NCBI GenBank assembly: GCA_041498975.1
Contig: JBGQJI010000071.1
Coordinates: 1-12,100, forward strand
Length of the DNA: 12,100 nt
Direction: 5' to 3'
Source: Candidatus Methylomirabilis sp.
Lineage (GTDB): Bacteria; Methylomirabilota; Methylomirabilia; Methylomirabilales; Methylomirabilaceae
Under the pieces are notes generated by a model. That model saw only the letters and a program-made list of their open reading frames with translations, was not told where the DNA came from and searched no databases. Made by a program: the position numbers and the translations under genes. This document shows positions 8,815-12,100 of this stretch, one piece after another (position 1 is the first letter of the stretch; every line of letters begins with the position of its first letter).

Positions 8815-9711
8815 ATGGCTGCTCAGGCGGAGATGGCTATTGAGGGACATCAAAGTAAGACCTTGGTCAAAGACCCGGAAAGCGGTGCAAGGGGCCGTGG
8901 GGCGGTCTCGCAGGATAGTAGGATTCAGCGCCAGACCGAGGAGCCGAGGACGATTATGGACCCCATGATTGAGATCCGCAAGCTGACGCTCACATACGGA
9001 GAGAAGGTTGCCCTGGAAGACATCAGTCTCGATATCTCGAAGCACCAGGTCACAGCTTTCATCGGGCCGTCGGGCTGCGGCAAGAGCACCCTCCTGCGCT
9101 GCCTGAACCGCCTGAACGACCTCATTGACGGCGTGAACATCACAGGAACGATCCGTATCGGCGGGATCGATATCAACGACCCGGCCCTCGAAACCACCGA
9201 GCTCCGCAAGCGAGTCGGCATGGTGTTCCAGAAATCCAACCCTTTTCCGAAGACCATCTATGACAATGTTGCTTACGGGCCGCGCCTTCAGGGTGTGAAC
9301 GGCCGATCACGCCTGGACGAAGCCGTGGAAAGGGCTCTCCGCGCTGCCGCCCTCTGGGATGAGGTGTACGACCGACTTCACGAGAGCGCACTCAGCTTGT
9401 CAGGCGGGCAGCAACAGCGCCTCTGTATCGCGCGGGCCATCGCGGTCGAACCCGAGGTCCTGCTGATGGACGAACCCTGCTCTGCATTGGACCCGATTGC
9501 GACGGCCAAGATCGAGGAGTTGATCACCGACCTGAAGAAAAACTATACTATCGTGATCGTGACCCATAACATGCAGCAGGCGGCCCGGGTCTCTGATTAC
9601 ACCGCTTTCCTTTACCTTGGCCGATTGGTGGAATACGATCTAACGAAGCAACTCTTCGTCAAACCCTCCAAGAAACAGACGGAGGACTATATCACGGGCA
9701 GGTTCGGCTAG
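8815..9711 (+). CDS. pstB: Phosphate ABC transporter ATP-binding protein (alternative start ATG 8956)
   Basis: Walker [22 protein letters not shown], signature [14 protein letters not shown], Walker [17 protein letters not shown] and C-terminal EDYITGRFG. Confidence 0.97.
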   Translation: MAAQAEMAIEGHQSKTLVKDPESGARGRGAVSQDSRIQRQTEEPRTIMDPMIEIRKLTLTYGEKVALEDISLDISKHQVTAFIGPSGCGKSTLLRCLNRLNDLIDGVNITGTIRIGGIDINDPALETTELRKRVGMVFQKSNPFPKTIYDNVAYGPRLQGVNGRSRLDEAVERALRAAALWDEVYDRLHESALSLSGGQQQRLCIARAIAVEPEVLLMDEPCSALDPIATAKIEELITDLKKNYTIVIVTHNMQQAARVSDYTAFLYLGRLVEYDLTKQLFVKPSKKQTEDYITGRFG

Positions 9712-9815
9712 TGCCGTTCCAACGTTATCCGCCTAACGATGAAATGACGTGGAGCCATCTGGATCGGCCGGCGCGTTATGTTGCCACCTGTCCGAACAAG
9801 TTTAAACAGCACTAG
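9708..9815 (+). mobile_element. 108-bp MITE-like element, copy 1 (CTAG-bounded, imperfect terminal inverted repeats)
   Basis: Begins CTAGTGCCGTTCCAAC and ends GTTTAAACAGCACTAG. Ungapped 91/108 match (hand count) to the reverse complement of 11251-11358. Confidence 0.8.
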
Positions 9816-9832
9816 GACGAAGGGGTAGAGCC

Positions 9833-11182
9833 ATGCTGCGGCACTTCGACGAGCAATTGCAAGAGCTCAGGGAACGCCTCTTGGCGATGGGGAGCCTGGC
9901 CGAGACCATGATTGTCAAGAGCGTCAAGGCCCTGGTGGACCGGAGTGAGGCCCTGGTGCAGGAGGTCTTCTTTCACGAAGAAGAGATGGACCAACGCTGC
10001 ATCGAGATCGACGAGCAATGCTTTACCCTCCTGGCCCTGCGGCAGCCGATGGCCAGCGACCTCCGCTTCATCGCTGCAGCCATCAAGATCAATAGCGACA
10101 TCGAGCGGATCGGCGACCTGGCGGTCAACATTGCCCAAGCGACCACATTTCTCATCACACAGCCCGCCCTGAAGCCCCTCATCGACATCCCGAGAATGGC
10201 CCATCTTTGCCAGGAAATGGTGAAGAAGAGCCTGGATGCCTTCGTGGCACGAGATGCAGAGTTGGCAAGGATCGTCATCGAGTCGGACGATTCCATCGAT
10301 CTGCTGCGGGACCAAGTGTTCCGGGAGCTTCTGACCTACATGATGACTGATCCGACCACTGTTCCCAGGGCGCTGGATCTGATCCTGGTGTCGCGCTACC
10401 TCGAGCGGATCGCCGATCACGCCACCAACATCGCCGAGGATGTGGTCTACATTGTCCGGGGAGAGGATGTCCGCGAGCGCGGAGACAAAGAGACACGGAA
10501 GGGCTTGAGACATCCCGGCCATGAGGCACCCTCCGCTCCTGAGGCTGTTCGGGGCGTTGATACGATCGCCAGGAGACCGATTGCTGAGGAGCTGGAGTTT
10601 CTGGGTCTCATCCAAGCCGCTGCGGAGAATCTCCTCCAGGCCGCCAAGACCCTGCAGGCCATGTTCGACGAGTATACCGATCCCACTGCACAGTGGAGGA
10701 GGGTCGAGGAGGCCGAACACGCGGGAGATGCTATCACCCACCGGATCATGAAAAAGCTGAACCAGACCTTCATCCCGTCCATCGACCGAGGGGACCTCCA
10801 TGCGTTGACCTCTGCACTCGATGACGTGGTGGACGGCATCGAAGCCGCCGCCTCCAGGATGGTGCTCTACAAGATCGAACAACCCACACCTGAAGCCAGC
10901 GAGATGGCCTCCCTGATCGTCGCATCAGCGGAACAGATCGTGAAAGCCATCGGGCACCTGCCTGGGTTCGACGGCGTAGAAGAGGCGTGTATCGAGGTTA
11001 ATCGGCTGGAGAACGTCGCAGACGACCTGTATCGACGGGCCATCGCGGGATTGTTCGAGGGGGAACACCCGATCCTCGAGGTCACTAAGTGGAAGGAAAT
11101 TTACGAGATCCTCGAAGCCGTGACCGACCGCTGTGAGGATGTCGCGGATGCGATGGAGGCAATCGCCCTCAAGCATTCTTGA
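9833..11182 (+). CDS. phoU: PhoU phosphate-signalling protein fused to a C-terminal DUF47 (PhoU_div) domain
   Basis: First ~215 aa are canonical PhoU (LALRQPMASDLR, DIERIGDLAVNIA, RYLERIADHATNIAEDVVY). After a ~35-aa linker comes a DUF47 pattern (EHAGDAITHRIMKKLNQTFIPSIDRGD, LDDVVDGIE, LENVADDLYR, KWKEIYEILEAVTDRCEDVAD). Confidence 0.92.
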   Translation: MLRHFDEQLQELRERLLAMGSLAETMIVKSVKALVDRSEALVQEVFFHEEEMDQRCIEIDEQCFTLLALRQPMASDLRFIAAAIKINSDIERIGDLAVNIAQATTFLITQPALKPLIDIPRMAHLCQEMVKKSLDAFVARDAELARIVIESDDSIDLLRDQVFRELLTYMMTDPTTVPRALDLILVSRYLERIADHATNIAEDVVYIVRGEDVRERGDKETRKGLRHPGHEAPSAPEAVRGVDTIARRPIAEELEFLGLIQAAAENLLQAAKTLQAMFDEYTDPTAQWRRVEEAEHAGDAITHRIMKKLNQTFIPSIDRGDLHALTSALDDVVDGIEAAASRMVLYKIEQPTPEASEMASLIVASAEQIVKAIGHLPGFDGVEEACIEVNRLENVADDLYRRAIAGLFEGEHPILEVTKWKEIYEILEAVTDRCEDVADAMEAIALKHS

Positions 11183-11204
11183 GCGAGGCCTGGACGCTTG
11201 ACCA

Positions 11205-11246
11205 GGAACTCGCCACGCTGAACCTGGAACCTGGAACTCGGAACCT
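11205..11246 (+). repeat. Short tandem heptamer repeats (GGAACYY-like)
   Basis: In 7-bp register: GGAACTC, GCCACGC (degenerate), TGAACCT, GGAACCT, GGAACTC, GGAACCT. Confidence 0.6.
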
Positions 11247-11250
11247 TCCC

Positions 11251-11358
11251 CTAGTGCCGTTCCAACTTGTTCGGACAGATCGCACAATTATGCGACGGCC
11301 GATCCAGATGGCTGCCCGTCATTGTATCTTTAGGCGGATAAAGTTGGAATGGCACTAG
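11251..11358 (-). mobile_element. 108-bp MITE-like element, copy 2 (inverted relative to copy 1)
   Basis: Ends CTAGTGCCGTTCCAACTT ... AAGTTGGAATGGCACTAG form a 17/18 inverted repeat. No transposase-coding capacity. Confidence 0.82.
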
Positions 11359-11720
11359 ATTCCTTCCGTTGCCTCCTGCGAGGTGGCCGTCGGCTTCCTG
11401 GCCAGAATGCGCGCGGCCATGATCCCGACCTCATACAGGATGCACATCGGCAAGGCCATGAGCGTCTGGTTGAAGACGTCCGGCGTCGGAGTGAGGATGG
11501 CGGCGATCGTGAAGTTGGCCAGGATCGCGTATTTCCGGTTCTTCGACAGCCACTGGGGCGTGACCAGGCCCATCTTGGCGGCCACCCCGATGATCAAGGG
11601 CAGTTCGAAAATCAACCCGAAGGCCAGCAAGAACTTGGAGGTGAAGTCCACGTAGTTGCCGATGGAGATCATCGGCTTCAAGTTTTCCGTTTTGTAGGTC
11701 AGAAGGAAGTTCATGGCGAT
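11355..11720 (-). pseudogene. tatC: 5'-truncated twin-arginine translocase TatC (C-terminal half only)
   Basis: TatC motifs ISIGNYVDF, AFGLIFELP, NRKYAIL, AAILTPTPDVFNQ and LYEVGI. In-frame TGA at 11724-11726 just upstream, and no TatC-like N-terminal half in the upstream ORFs. Confidence 0.85.
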
Positions 11721-12016
11721 ACCTCAACGGATTATTTGACCAGAGGAAGAGAGAGCGCCTGGTCCGCTTGCGTCCACACGAGCCCCGCGTGGACGTTGGG
11801 AACATAGCGCCCTTGTTTCAGGAAGTAAAGCGCAGGCCACCGCCCTTTTCGGTACTCCGCACGAGAAGGTGTGTGCCCAAGTGGCAAATGGCGGGAACAA
11901 AACACGAAGAGTTGGTGTCATAGGCAGAGGACGGTTCCCGGCGTATCTTCGGAGCAGAGGCACGCTGTAAGGGCTCGACTTTGCGCGCCATTGTTTTTGC
12001 GAGGAGTATCGGGTCC

Positions 12017-12100
12017 ATGGCCACCGGGGATTCGGGGCAGGGCCGGAATGAGCGGCGAAGGGCGCCCCGCTATCGCTATGAAGCCGCTCTGGAAATCGAA
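12017..12100 (+). CDS. Probable PilZ-domain protein, N-terminus (runs off right edge)
   Basis: RBS GAGGAG at 12001-12006, ATG at 12017. Translates MATGDSGQGRNERRRAPRYRYEAALEIE, with the ERRxxxR c-di-GMP switch motif. Not in the ORF track because it is truncated by the window edge. Confidence 0.6.
   Translation, partial: MATGDSGQGRNERRRAPRYRYEAALEIE

Noticed and set aside
9781..9808. Possible outward promoter TTGCCA-16bp-TAAACA in element copy 1 driving phoU
   Set aside because: Weak -10 match and suboptimal spacing; cannot be supported without TSS data.
9812..10882. 356-aa antisense ORF over phoU
   Set aside because: Shadow frame of a well-supported GC-rich gene; no recognisable motifs.
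9708..11358. The 108-bp repeats as CRISPR repeats or integron attC sites
   Set aside because: Only two copies, inverted, with no spacer array or cas genes. The ends are not RYYYAAC/GTTRRRY cassette boundaries in direct orientation, and there is no integrase.
11724..12024. Short minus-strand ORFs (79 and 68 aa) as the missing tatC N-terminus
   Set aside because: No transmembrane helices or TatC motifs, so a simple frameshift does not explain the truncation.

Overview
GC-rich bacterial (diderm, since it encodes an outer-membrane porin) window dominated by an arsenic/phosphate cluster on the + strand. In order: the 3' end of acr3; a thioredoxin-type arsC; three small uncharacterised ORFs (winged-helix-like, barrel-sandwich-hybrid-like, degenerate STAS) and an OprO/OprP-type porin behind a putative Pho-box promoter; a clear four-repeat Pho-box promoter driving pstS-pstC-pstA-pstB (long Pseudomonas-type PstC/PstA); and a fused PhoU-DUF47 gene. 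The phoU fusion is bracketed by two inverted copies of a 108-bp MITE-like element with CTAG ends, each overlapping the TAG stop codon of a neighbouring gene. The window ends with a 5'-truncated tatC on the - strand and the start of a probable PilZ-domain gene. All family assignments come from motif recognition by eye; no searches were run.
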